The position numbers and the translations under genes were made by a program. The notes under the pieces are model-generated. The model saw only the letters and a list, made by a program, of their open reading frames with translations, searched no databases and was not told the DNA's origin. Below are positions 1 through 12,950 of a stretch of 60,000 bases of DNA, piece after piece. Each line of letters starts with the position of its first letter. Within the stretch, counting starts at the first letter, position 1. The DNA is from Malacoraja senta (taxonomy: Eukaryota): positions 16,184,001 to 16,244,000 of the forward strand of contig CM075989.1 of NCBI GenBank assembly GCA_038087875.1, given 5' to 3'.

Positions 1-120
1 TCACGCGGAGAATGTACAAACTCCGTACAGACAGCACCCGTAGTCGGGATCGAACTCGGGTTTCTGGCGCTGCAAGCACTGTAACGCAGCAACTCTACTG
101 CTGCGCCAATGTGCCGCCCA
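1..120 (-). mobile_element. tRNA-derived SINE (HE1/V-SINE-like), 5' part
   Basis: The minus strand reads GGGCGGCACATTGGCGCAGCAGTAGAG (A box) ... GTTCGATCCC (B box). Same family as 52495-52800. Confidence 0.75.
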
Positions 121-1819
121 CACCACAAAGGCTGCCTCAATTGTTGGGGACCCTAAGCTCGAATGATTCGGCTTCAGTCTCTAAAATAACTCAGACCTGC
201 ACTTCACAGCTTTCACTCGTCTTGTTTCCTTTATCAACATGCCCTCATTAATCTATCCACTAGACTGGCTTGTGAACATCATATCCTCCCAATAACTCTA
301 ACCTAAATTTATCAGAAATATTCCCTTTGTATCCCTCACCTTCTCTGCAACTTAAAACTAGTTTAACTTAAAACACTTTTTCCAGTTTTGATGAAATGTC
401 ACTGATTCTCTTTCCATGGCTGTTCTCTGAGGTGCTGAGTGTTTCTAATATTCACCATTTTAATTTCATCCTGGAATTTTTTTATGACAGATTGTCATAT
501 GCATTTAAAAAAAAGCCATAATAAACACTTAACACCAATAGTTTCCACGGATGGTATCAAGTATTTACTTTTTGATCGAAGTCGCTTTCCAAGTATTCAG
601 CCATAAATACTAATTGAATAGCTGTACATGTCTGGCATTTTACTTTTAATTTCCTCATTTACTGTTTCTTAGCAATTGATTAAGTAGAACAAATCAATGT
701 TAATTTAGTATTAGTGCGATCATACATATTGAATGGATACCGCATCAATTGAAGGTTTACTCTAAAAACATTTAAAGAATTAGTACACTGAGGAAAAACC
801 ATCAGTATGGCTAATGAGTTACACAGTGTAGCTTAAAAATTGTTTGATTACTTTATCAATACCTCTGGGTTCAAGATTTCAATTTAAACATGGATAAAGT
901 ATATTGTAGATTCTCAAGAGAAACAGATTTTCAATAATTTGTTGACTCCTGACATTTCTGCAACATTTGTAAAAAGTTTAGATTTGCAAAGGAGTGAAAA
1001 GATATTCTAGATTATCTAAATGTTACTAAAATTGTGTGTGTAGGCGTGAGTGCGTGACGTTTCAAAACTCCGCCAAAACGGTACACGATAGCGCTACAAT
1101 TTTTGGCCCACCTTACTCACCATTATCCTGGGATGTAAAACGGACAAGTTTTGTTATGATTGATGTTTTATTTTAAAGGTTATTGACATTTTAAACTTTA
1201 CAAAAGGCACTTTAACACTTTTCCACTTGCCCTTACCATCAGCCGCGTCATAATGAAGTCACAATGGGACCCCGAATCTTATTTACATAAAAAATCTTGA
1301 TTTTTAAAAAATCCGTCTTAATCAAATCTTCCGTTTTCATTAACAGCTAACATTGTGTTTAGGTTTCTAAAAGAAAAAATGCAATATTTAAATGCAATAG
1401 CGATTTTCATTGTGGGGGGGGGGGGAGCTTTAAAAAAAAACACCACGATTTTTATTGTGGGGTGGGATGGGGAAAGGTGAGGAGTGGGGAAGCAGGGGGA
1501 TAGAGGAGGAGGAGGGGGAGGGAGGGGAGAGGGGTTATGGAGGGAGGGAGGGACTGAGGGTATCCGTGTGTGCGGATTTTAAATTAACTGAAAGTCTCCC
1601 CGCGCATGCGCAGTGGGCCCGGTATCCGCGCGTGCGGGATTTGAAATGGCCATGGTGCTGAGGCTGGAGCGAGGTCTGGGGACGACGGCGTCCGGGCCCG
1701 CAGGGAGGGCGAGGAGTGGGACCTGGGGCAATGACTAAGCCGCAGCATCGGCATCCCGCCGGCTCCAGGCCGCTCGGCCCGGCCCCCCGACAGCCACCGC
1801 CTCAAGTACGGGATTTGAA

Positions 1820-2061
1820 ATGACAGCGGCCCTGAGGCTGGGACTAGGTCTGGCAGCAGTGGCGTTGCTGCTCCGAGCCCGCGGGGAGGGAGAGGAGCAG
1901 GACCCAGGGCAAGGACTAGGCCGCAGCCTCGGCTTCTCCCTCCCCCGGCTGCAGTCCACTTGGCCCGTCCCCCCCGACAGCCCCCACCTCAAGTACAATT
2001 TCATCGCCGACGTCGTGGAAAAAACGGAGCTGGCAGTGGTTTACATCGAGATCCTGGGGAG
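1820..2061 (+). pseudogene. HTRA2: HTRA2-like exon 1 fragment (transmembrane segment plus start of protease domain)
   Basis: Encodes [12 protein letters not shown]...[28 protein letters not shown], resembling HTRA2 [28 protein letters not shown]. Followed by donor AG|GTGAGG. No downstream HTRA exons seen. Confidence 0.8.
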
Positions 2062-2495
2062 GTGAGGAGAGAGAGTGGGGGGGATAGGGGAAGAGGAGGG
2101 GGATAGGAGGAGAGGAGGGGGGAGTGGGGGATAAAGCGAGAAGGGGGCAGTGGGGGAGTTGAGGAGGGAGAAGGGAGGGGAGAGGGGTTATGGAGGGAGG
2201 GAGGGAGGGAGTTGCTGAGGGTAGGGGAAAGGAGAAGGAGGGAGGTGAGGGAGGGAGTGGGGGAGGGGAGGAGCAGAGGGGAAGGAAGAAGGAGGGTGGA
2301 GGAGGAGGAGAGAGTGCTGGGGATGAGGGGGAATGGAGGAGGATAGGGGTAGGAAGAAGGACGGTGAGGTAATGGAGGAGGCGAGGGGGAAGAGAGAGGA
2401 GGGGGGTGAGGGGAGGAAGCAGAGTAGGATTTGTGGAGGGTGGGGAGAGGGAGGATAATGGAGGAGGGGAATAGGGGACTGAAGCGGGAGAGTGA
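2062..2495 (+). repeat. Polypurine (G/A-rich) low-complexity tract
   Basis: About 430 nt of almost only G and A. It explains the spurious Pro/Leu/Ser-rich and Gly/Glu-rich ORFs here. Confidence 0.9.
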
Positions 2496-2801
2496 GATGC
2501 GTTCACATTGATCTTATATTTTACAAGTTATTGCCATTTTAAACTTTAAAAACGTCAACCGCGCCTGCGCATTTGGGGGCTTTGGGCGAGTGGTGGAATT
2601 TTGCGTTGGGGAACGGGACCCAACGGGTCCGCACTTGGTCTAGTGTCTAATATAAAAGACATCTGGAGTAAACCAACTTCTGATTAAAACTATTTTGTTG
2701 CTTAAGTTTTAAAATTACCAGCCTGGTTGAACATTTAAAAATAGAGGCCAATACTTAGCACAAAACCTGTCCTTTTCCCCTGGACCATCACTCCCAAAGA
2801 T

Positions 2802-3908
2802 TAGTCTAGTCCAGTCAAGTCACATTTATTTATATAGCACATTTAAAAAACAACTCTCGTTGGCCAAAGTGCTTTACATTTGTTATAAGAATAGCATAAA
2901 CAAAACAAACTACATACAAATATACATGTAGCCCTCACTCAGAGGACGTCAGGAAAGGCTTAGGAGTATAGATACGTTTTTAGTCTTGACTTAAAAGAGT
3001 TGATGGAGGGGGTAGTTCTGATGGGAAAGGGGATGCAGTTCCACAGTCTATGGGCTGCAACCGCAAAGGCGCGGTCGCCCCTGAGCTTATGCCTAGACCG
3101 TGGGATATTCAGCACCCCAAGTCGGCCGATCTGAGGGGCCTGGAGGTGGAGTGGTGGGTGAGAAGACTTTTTATGTAGGTAGGGGGCAAGCCCATTGAGG
3201 GCTTTGTAGACATGGAGGAGGATCTTGAAGTTAATATGGAACCGCACAGGGAGCCAGTGGAGAGAGGCCAGGATCGGGGTGATGTGGTCCCTTTTTCGGG
3301 TGCCCGTCAGGAGTCTCGCTGCGGCGTTTTGGACCAGTTGCAGGCGGGACAGGGAAGATTGGCTGATGCCAGTGTAAAGGGAGTTGCAGTAATCTAGGCG
3401 GGAGGAGATGAATGTGTGGATGATCTTTTCGAGGTCATCAAACTGGAGGAATTGTTTTATTTTAGCTATCGTCCGAAGCTGAAAGAAGCTAGCTTTTACC
3501 ACGGCATTGACTTGTTTGTCAAATTTCAGTGCTGAGTCAAATATCACGCCAAGGTTTTTGACGTGAGGTTTGAGTAGTGGGGTAAGGCTTCCAAGGCTGC
3601 CTGCTATCATTTTGATTGAGTCCGAGGGGCCGAGAAGGATGACCTCAGACTTACTCTCGTTTAGTTGGAGGAAGTTCTGGGCCATCCAACACCTTATATC
3701 CTCGAGGCAGTGGGTAAGGTTAAGCAGATTTGATTGTTTTTTGGGCTTCAGGGGGAGATAGAGTTGTGTATCGTCTGCGTAGCAATGGAAGGAAATGCCG
3801 TGCCTTTCAATGACTTGGCCTAAGGGGGGGCATATACAGGGAGAAGAGTATGGGGCCAAGGATGGAACCTTGTTGAACCCCACAGCAGAGATTAGCTGGG
3901 GAGGAGAA
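2802..3908 (-). mobile_element. L2-clade LINE, 5'-truncated RT plus 3' UTR
   Basis: RT motifs GVQQGSILGP and FHCYADDTQLY, L2-type SRLDYCNSL and HITPILASLHWLPV, a tandem TGACT-like tail, and frameshifts. Confidence 0.92.
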
Positions 3909-4237
3909 AGAGTCTAAGCACTGCATGCTTCCAATGCAATAATGGATGCACCAGAGTTCCGAATAATTCATTCAATTCTTCTCAGCAGTGATGAATCAAA
4001 ACACTTTTGGTAAAACCATACTCGATATAGGTTAAAATAGATACTAAAAAACGGACTAGAAATCTTCATCCTCTCTTCTCCGCCCATAAATACATGCAAT
4101 AACTTGAAAATCTAAATTAACTACTACATGGATCATATATATATATATATTTTTTAAAGAAAGATATTATACAGGTTCTGACAAGGTAATTGTTTTTAAA
4201 GAAAGACAAAATGAAATTGTTCATGCTTGTTACATAC

Positions 4238-4388
4238 CGGCCATGTGCATGGAAATCCAAATAGACAAACTGGTCGTCATGCAAAATTGACCTCTTGGCA
4301 CGTTGATGTTTCTGATGTAGTACATCTGTGTCATACGATAAACCTTCATAATGTCTAATGTACTTATTCAAAGGATTGCCCAACTGCC
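4238..4388 (-). CDS. ADAM10: ADAM10 coding exon 2 (prodomain start)
   Basis: Encodes [51 protein letters not shown], matching the ADAM10 prodomain. Acceptor tttgttccacag, donor CG|gtatgt, 151 nt. Confidence 0.96.
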
Positions 4389-7300
4389 CTGTGGAACAAA
4401 CAAACTATTAGTTGTGCAATCAAAACCAATGGCCATTAAACAGGGCAACTACCAAGTTCAGAGTGTCCCAAAAGTCATTGATTATGGTAACATAATAAAC
4501 TGGATCAAACTAAAATATGCTGAAATTAGTAATCCAACCCAAATATGTATTATGCATTCAAGAACCAATTGGATGCTCAAAATATATTCCTACTTTCTGA
4601 TTATTGGAGTAGATAATGTACATATTATTCATGTTCATCATGCCCCATGTCTAGTTTTCTGCTGGTGACAAGTTTTCACCTGAACAGAAGGCTCTGTTTA
4701 AGGAGTGATTATGTTGCCAGCATGACTTTGTCAGCCAGTTGAAGTCCCACCCGAAAGCTGTTGAAACAGTCACCGAAACCAAAATGTTTGTTCCTGTCAC
4801 AGCCATTCACACATCCAAAAAGTTCAAAGTTTTTTTTTAAATGAATAAAGTTAATTAAAAAACTAATTCATATTAGTACAATTAAACTAAAAGATCAATT
4901 AACATTTCTGTACAAGACTCATGTCTCCTATTCACCAACAGACCGCTGCATTTGTGCCAAATTACGCTGGTTACCTCGGCAAAAACTTGTTGATCTACAA
5001 GGGTGTATGACTTGTGGAGCATGGATTTCTGAAAGCCAGAACCGAACTGCAGTGGAAAGCTGCACTTTGGACTATATTTGTGAATATTGATTCATTTGTA
5101 TTAAAGTCAGCAGAAGAAAGCAATTTTCAAACAGTGTCTCTGTCAACTTGTTTTTTATTCTGTATAGAACTCATCTATAATAAAACAGAAAATGCCAGAA
5201 ACACTTAACAGATCAGGCAGGCAGGCAGCATTTGTGGCGAGGAACTTTTTTTTTTAGCATTACAGTTTCAAAGTACAAACTGCTGGAGGAACTCAACTGG
5301 GCAGGCAGCATCTGTGGAGAGAAGTGGACAGATGATATTCTGGGTCAGGACCCATCATCGTACTAATTGTAGGGGTGACAAGATAGTGCTAAACAAAAAA
5401 ACAAAATCAGAGGCTAAAGTATTATATGCAGGAGAGGAAATTGTCAAGGGTGAAGTGGATAAAAGGATAATTTCAAACTTAAGTAGCACTCAGTGGACAT
5501 AGGAAATCCAAATCAATAATGCTTTTTTTTTCTGAATGGTATACAATTTGTTATTGGCATTCATAACCAATTGAATGTAACACAAAGTATCCAATTTTAT
5601 TGTCTCTGCCTCCTTTCTTCATCTATATCATTTTAAAAGCCAAACTGTACTGTACCAGCAGTGCAGATGACTTTTTCTAAAACAAATAATTAATACGGTG
5701 ACTGATCACAAGGGAATTTGGGGAGTACAGAAGCAGCAATAAATACTGTAAATTAATCTTATTACATCCTAACATTCACTTATGCCTCGATACAGCTGTC
5801 AGAAAGATATTTCATAAAAATGAATTTCTAACTATATATTATATTGTTTTTTGAATTGTGTAATATTTCTTAATCCAGGAAACCAAGTAGTCAAAACCAA
5901 AGAAACATGACACGAAAGTTGCCCAAGCTTGCTTCCTGAATCAGAAATCACAAAGGTTGCATTTTTGTTTGCTTTGTTTTAAAACTACTGATATCTTTGA
6001 CATTACAAGAAAAACATTAAGTTAATCATCCCAAGTCTGTCTTCAAGAATAAAAATGTAAGTAAAAATTCACTTGGCCATAAACAGTTTAGGAGCCTGAA
6101 TGGGAAAGCACAAATGTGAAGAGGTAAGAAGGGCTTGTTACATCTCTGACTCTACAATATAAATCTGTTAGTCAGTAGTACATTGCCTATCAAGAAAGAC
6201 CCATACTTTAAAATCCATAAACAATAGTTGTTCTAGTACGTCACAAGGAAGTGCATGCAATACACATCTTTTCCTGTTTTGCTTAGTAAATTACTGGATT
6301 TGTTGACTTACATTAAACAGCAAAAATATTTGGGTTAAAATGTTGATTACATTGCTGGAATCGTTACCATTACAGGAGCTATTACAACAGCTTCGGGATA
6401 AGTTATTTAAGATTGGACATGGGTGTCAATGTTAATTCTATGTTCAATTTTCAAATGGGATTTAAAAGGGCGTTAGGCGATGTTGCTGATTACGTACTAT
6501 GTATGCGGAGCGTTCTGTTGGTGGACATTAACAGAGCTCTCACAGAACAAACTGCTGGAGGAAATGTGGGTCATGTAGCATCTGTGGAGGGAAATGGATG
6601 ATCACATTTGGGTCGAGACCCTGCTGATTGCTGACATGAATTGCCCATTTGCCTCCACAGATGCTGCCTCAGCTACTAAGTTGCTCCAGCAGTTCATTTT
6701 TTGCTCCAAATTCTAATATCAGACATCTCGTGCTTACAAAGAGATTTCAAGTTCATAACCTTGGAAACAATGTAGGGTGTGGAATCATTCAGATAAGCCA
6801 ACTTTTCAACGTGGAAATAGTTAGTGGCATGTTCAGAGCATGCAAGTAATGAAAATAGCTGGAGAGTTCAGGAGTATTGGGAGAAATAAATCAATGTCCT
6901 GGAATTCAGCAGAAAACAATCATTGAGTGTGACTGCCAAATCTGAGGGCCTTTCATTATTGAGGCACTGTTGAATGTACAGCTGTTGGAGAGCCAGAGTT
7001 ATAGATGGGTGAAGCACAGAAAACTGCCCTTCAGCCCACCACATCCATGACAACTTTTATGCCAATCTATGTTAATCCCATTTGCCCATATTAGGTCAAC
7101 ATACTTTTAGGCCTTATACAAGTGTCTGTCTAAATGCCCCTTAAACTCAGAGATCTTTTCCGATTCTACCACCTCCTGTGTCATTGCATTCCAGATATTA
7201 ACCACCAGGAGAAAAAAAAGTTACACTCACACCCCCTTTAAAACTCCTTCCTCTAACACAAAACCCATGGCCTCTTATTTTTTAAATTCTGATCATCCAT

Positions 7301-8001
7301 GCCTCTCAACATCTTATATAGATCGATCAGGTCACCTCTCAGCCACCTTTGCTTCAGGGAAAACAAACCAGCCATCCCATCTCTCCCGGCTATTGGAATC
7401 GTCCAATGTGAGGCAACTTGGAGTCTGGTAGAATGCCAAGAGATTGCAGGTGAATAAAGCTTTTAATCTTCAATGCAATCTAGGGTGGGGATGAATCAGT
7501 CAATTTCACCAGCAATTAATCAGAATTCAAAGTAACTTGCAGCATTACTGGCATGGACTAGGTTCTTGCTGATGGGATACAGTGCACCGTGTCAGCATAC
7601 AGTGGCTACCCAGTCACATGCAATGCAGAAACTAGCTATTTTCTGTGAAGCTGCAAAATAACTACGTTTTCACAAGCTGTTAGGCATTAATGCTATGGGA
7701 TCACACCCTCCACTAAGCCGCAAGTCATGCTTTATCATGCTGGTATCATCCCACCAACATGGCAGACTTTTCATGACTCATTAACTACTTGTAATTTACT
7801 TTTCGATGCCCAACATTTATGACTACTGCAGGTTGACCTTTTAGATTGTTAAACAAGCTAAAGTATGATTATGAACAAAATTTCTTGCACATGAATATAC
7901 AATGATAGTGTTAAAACAGATAGCAAAAGGTTTCACGGCAAAATAATATCCAAATCTGACCTTTACCCAAGCCAACTATGATCTCTTTTCTTGCAGACTT
8001 A

Positions 8002-8320
8002 AAGCCCTGTCCCACTGTACGAGTTCATTCAAAGAGTTCGTCCGAGTTTGCCCTGATTCGAACTCGGAGATTTACGGTAATGGCCGCTCGTCGGTACTCG
8101 GGGCTCTCGAGGACATTTTTCAACATGTTGAAAAATCTTCACTAGTTTTCCCGAGCTTACCGCGTTTCCCGAGTACCTGCCGTTAGTGTTACGAGCCGCT
8201 AAGAGACGTCCCCGAGCTCCAACGTAACCGCTACGTTCATTCTCCGTGCTTAACACGAGTTTGATTTTTTTAAAAACTCGGGAGAGCACTTGAATGAACT
8301 CGTACAGTGGGACAGGGCCA
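8002..8320. mobile_element. PIF/Harbinger-type MITE
   Basis: TIRs GCCCTGTCCCACTGTACGAGTTCATTCAA, flanked by TTA on both sides (7999-8001 and 8321-8323). Confidence 0.85.
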
Positions 8321-8344
8321 TTAAAGTTCTTTTAGAACTATATA

Positions 8345-8512
8345 CTGTGTCCTCCATAATGTTTGGGACAAAGACCCATCGTTTATTTATTTGCCTCTGT
8401 ATTCCACAATTTGAGATTTGTAATAGAATATATCACATGTGGTTAAAGTGCACATTGTCAGATTTTATTAAAGGGTATGTTTATACATTTTGGTTTCATC
8501 ATGTACAAATTG
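8345..8512 (+). mobile_element. Truncated Tc1-like TIR fragment
   Basis: Matches the left TIR of the element at 58060-58586. Confidence 0.8.
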
Positions 8513-9032
8513 TGACGTCTACTTTCATTTAATGAAATGAAAAGTGTGTATAAAAAAGAATCAAGTTAAGATTTTCAGAAACTTCAACATACAGGCAAAT
8601 TATAAAACTTTTTGTAGCAGTACAATATTTTTTTCTAAGAGATACCAAGTTGTCAAATGGTATTTTATCTGTTCCAACTAAATTAGACAATGTCTAACTC
8701 ATGAGAAGGTTGGGCAAAACCAGTCTTATCGTGAGCTAGACATTGTCTAATTTAGCCATTCAAGATTGAGCCTGTTTATTGGCAACTGGTTAGGACCAAG
8801 CCTCATTTCCACACTTTGAATAATCAAATAAACCAGACAAATATTTGTTTTGCTACCGTGATGTATAAATAACGCATGCATCTCAGTTACTTTACTGGTC
8901 AAATAACTAGTGCAATGTGAAGGGTATGGAAAGTTAGACTTGGGGGTGAGTTGGGGGTGAGATGGGGGTGATGAAGAAAGAAAAATAGAGGGAATATATC
9001 ACAAAGAATCAAACTATATCACAAAGAATCTA

Positions 9033-9541
9033 TCACTTGCACCTCCTCCAACCTCATCTACTGTATCCACTGTTCCAGGTGTCAACTTCTCTATATCGGC
9101 GAGACCAAGCGCAGGCTCAGCGATCGTTTCGCTGAATACCTCCACTCAGTCCGTCTTAACTTGCCTGATCTCCCGGTTGCTCAGCACTGCAACTCCCCCT
9201 CCCATTCCCAATCTGACCTTTCTGTCCTGGGCCTCCTCCATTGTCAGAGTGAGGCCCAACGCAAATTGGAGGAACAGCACCTCATATTTCGCTTGGGTAG
9301 TTTGCACCCCAGCGGTATGAACATTGACTTTTCTAACTTCAAATAGCCCTTGCTTTCTCTCTCCATCCCTCCCTCTTCCCAGTTCTCCCACCAGTCTTAA
9401 TGTCTCCGACTACATTCTATCTTTGTCCCGCCCACTCCCCCGGACATCAGTCTGAAGAAGGGTCTCGACCCGAAACGTCACCCATTCCTTCTCTCCAGGG
9501 ATGCTGCCCGTCCCGCTGAGTTCCCCCAGCATTTTGTGTCT
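9033..9541 (+). mobile_element. Penelope-like element fragment (GIY-YIG end plus terminal repeat)
   Basis: Encodes TCTSSNLIYCIHCSRCQLLYIGETKRRL; near-identical to 25115-25628. Confidence 0.85.
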
Positions 9542-12500
9542 ACAAAGAATTAAACTCTCTGACGTGATGAGTGGAAAACTTCAAGCTACAAATTCTAAAG
9601 GTCAATTAGAATGTGTCATTCTATTCTAGACCACAATGCTAGGTCAGAAGCTGTTTTATTGCACTTGATTTCTGGCCTTTTAATCAAGTTCAGGTTTTAT
9701 CTAAAACAATTTGCAATGAGATACAAGATTTGCTCAGACTCATTCAAGATGAGCACAAGTGGCAGGAATTAGAAACTCCAACCATCCAGCTGAGAAATTG
9801 AGATCGTTTAGCATCCGGCTCACTAAAACACCAGTCCCACATGTTCTTTAAATTCACCTGGTTTAATGGAAGATTTATTATGCAGCCATGTAACATCCAA
9901 AAATAGCCAAATTAAAAGCATTTTTGTGTATTAATAGGAGCAATATCTATTGGTCCAAACAGACCCATGTATGCCAGATGATATTGTTCTGGCTTTAGTG
10001 AACTTAAATTTGATATACCATTGCTATACTCTTCAATCTGTTGCTCAGGCCCAATGTAAATGGAGAGACGCTAGACTTCTGCTGGTGCCTTCGGATAAAG
10101 GCACATTCCCCATATCTCAATCTGGAAGATCAATGATTGGAAAAACATGCAAATAAAATAGGGCAGAAAGGAGTCACTAATTAAAATATCAAATTAAATT
10201 ATTGTGTATGCACATTCAGAATGGGAAATCTTATTATCCAATAACTTCAGCAACATTAGCGCAACATTGCACACTAGATAAAGACATATATCAAGAGTAT
10301 ACGTGTAATTGGTCAGTAGATCCCACTGTTAGATTCCAGAACCTCTTAGCACTCAGTTGGTCATAGAGAGAGACAGCACAGAAAAGGCCCTTCAGCCTAC
10401 CTGCTCCATGCCAACAAAATTGGTGAAGACCCGTTTGGCAAACAACCCTACAACCCCTTCCTATCTATAAAGCTGTCTAAATGTATTTTTGCAGTGCAAA
10501 TGCCAGGTACACTTTCACCTTGGTAAACCAGCACCTGCAGTTCCTTGTATCTACATTTTCATCTTTGTGTTTTAATGGTAAAAATAATTGAACAGCAGGT
10601 GGAAAAAGTGTTTGAATGTTTATCCGTTTGCTTCCTTCGTGAATTGTGATAGGTTTAAGGATATATTTAAAAATGCATTTACTTACATTGAGTACATGCA
10701 AGACATAACAAATGTATGACACAATACCATCTCTACATCATATTAGGAATCAGCTGACATGTTTCACAACAGAAAAGAGTTTTATTTAAAAAGTCATCTC
10801 CATTTCTCAGAAACTAGTTAAAAAAGTAATGGGAAGTCGGAAAAGAAAGCAAATTTCAGCGTGCCATTTACAATAGAGAGATAAATTAATATCAAAATTA
10901 ATATCAAAGAATATATAAATCATTGCGATGAGAAAGTTGTCTAATGTTTTTGAGAGGATATTGCAAGGCAATATTACCAAAATGAAAGTCAATAACGTGA
11001 TACAAATTTTAAGATTGAAATGGGCAAATATCAAGCATCATGCATTAACTCATTTAACAATTTAACCAACAACACACTAAATAGGCCAAAAAACTGAATC
11101 AATCCATGTGGATTGACGATGAGATTTTTCTAAATCAATCTTGATGATTTATTTGTAATTCACAAATTTCTATGACCTATATAATGTTAGCTTCAATGGG
11201 CGACAACCAATTTCTGCCATGATAATCTTTTTAAGGCACAAGTTCCTACACAGTAGCAGTGACAAAACACAACACAGCTTATGTACAGATTGAGATCTTA
11301 AACCGCCAGAACATGAATCAGCATGTGGGTTTCAACTGCATCATGTGTCATTTCCAGGAAATACTAACATTTTCCACTGTTTGCATGAAATTAGCAGATC
11401 TGTTTGTTATCAATGCTACATTGAAAAGGAAAAAGTACTTGTCCATTGTGTCAGGAACTCATGCAAGCAGAAATTGTTTCACTCTTATGAAGCATGGTCA
11501 TTTGTCATCATGTTCAAGAAAGTGCAATTAAATGAATGTAGTAACAAGGAACTGCAGATGCTGGTTTACAAAAAAGGATACAGAGTGCTGGAGTAACTCA
11601 GCGGATTAGACAACATCTCTGGAAAATACAGACATGGTTTGGAAATGTTTAGAGGGATATGGACCAAATGAGGGTAGGTCGGACTTGTAGACGGGGCATT
11701 TTTGTTGGCGTGGGTATGATGGGTCAAAGGGCCCATTTCCATGCTGTATCTCTATAACTCTCTTGGCACTATGCTACCCAACTCCATGTCGTGCTGATTA
11801 ACAAATTACTTCCGGTCATGTTCTGACCTGAAACATCACCTATCCATGTTCTCCAGAGATGCTGCCTGGCCCACTGAGTTACTCCATCATTTTGTGTGCA
11901 ATTAAATGATCACCCAGCTGGTTCACAGCCAATTCCCACAAATCACATGAATAATCAAATAACCCATTTAGTTCCTGGTGATTGGAACATCAGCAGAACT
12001 CATTGTATCCAAATATTTACACCATTTGAACAAGCAGCCCACACCTCACTAATACTTCTGCAAACAGACAACAACTTTGACAGCGATCTCACTCACACAG
12101 CAAAGTATTGATATGCCAGTCTTGATCAAGTATTCAAGCCGATAAATCAGTCTTGAACCTAGAGTCTTCTGTTTCAAATTACTAATAACAGACTCGGGAT
12201 AATACAAGAATGAAAAGCAATAACATAACGATTTCTACTGCTCTCATTCCCAATGACATCAATGGTAAGACAAACCACTTCAAGAACTCAATAAAATACT
12301 GCAAATGTTCCTGATGGCATGCATGGATGCAGCTTGGCACAGCTGTGACATCGCATTGCCACTCTTCTACAATTGTGCTTGACATCTTAGATGGAGGAAA
12401 AAACAAAAGAAAGACCAAAGCTCCCAGTGCAACCCATCCAGTTCATAGTCATCATGAAGATAAAAACTCAATGGTGAAGAGCTCAGTAACCACAATCTCA

Positions 12501-12950
12501 CATCCTACAGAAGTGGAGAATATACTCAGGAACCTCACATGCAGCAATTGTGAAAAATCCAACTGCAACAAAGACACAGGAGTGTCTCAGCAAAAGGAAT
12601 ATAACCACCAGCTTCCTCCTTCCATAACCTGCTCCCTGAAATGAACTGCAAATTCCTTCCACCAAGACAATGGACAGGGCTTTCACCGCTGACAATTCCT
12701 TGAAAAATACAGGGAGCAGCACATCCTTTAAAAAAAACAACTCACTGAAGCCAGTGTCTCCATCAATGAAGGACAGTGGAATTGAAACAGGATTGTAGAC
12801 AGGCTTCAAACTAAATACGACAATGGGAGGGCTCTGAGAACTGGATGTTTAATAAATCTAGAGGAAATTATTGGCATAGCACGAAAAAGAAATGGGTAAG
12901 CCAAGTGCAACAGCGTAGAGTGAATATGCAAGCAAAAGCGCGCAGCTCAG

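Larger units (their letters stand above)
1015..2643 (+). mobile_element. Non-autonomous Helitron-like element with a captured gene fragment
   Basis: Starts TC after a host A (atta|TCTAAATGTTACTAAAA) and ends CTAG before a host T. GC hairpin GGACCC-aac-GGGTCC (2616-2630) lies just upstream of the CTAG. No TSD. The 5' boundary is less certain than the 3' boundary. Confidence 0.75.

Noticed and set aside
1820..2065. A functional nested HTRA2 gene
   Set aside because: No mitochondrial presequence and no later protease or PDZ exons seen, and it lies within transposon-like termini.
1916..2506. 196-aa Pro/Leu/Ser-rich ORF
   Set aside because: It is the reverse translation of the polypurine tract.
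12327..12809. About 105-aa ORFs on both strands
   Set aside because: No recognisable homology or splice support; possibly decayed LINE sequence upstream of the old CR1 endonuclease remnant.
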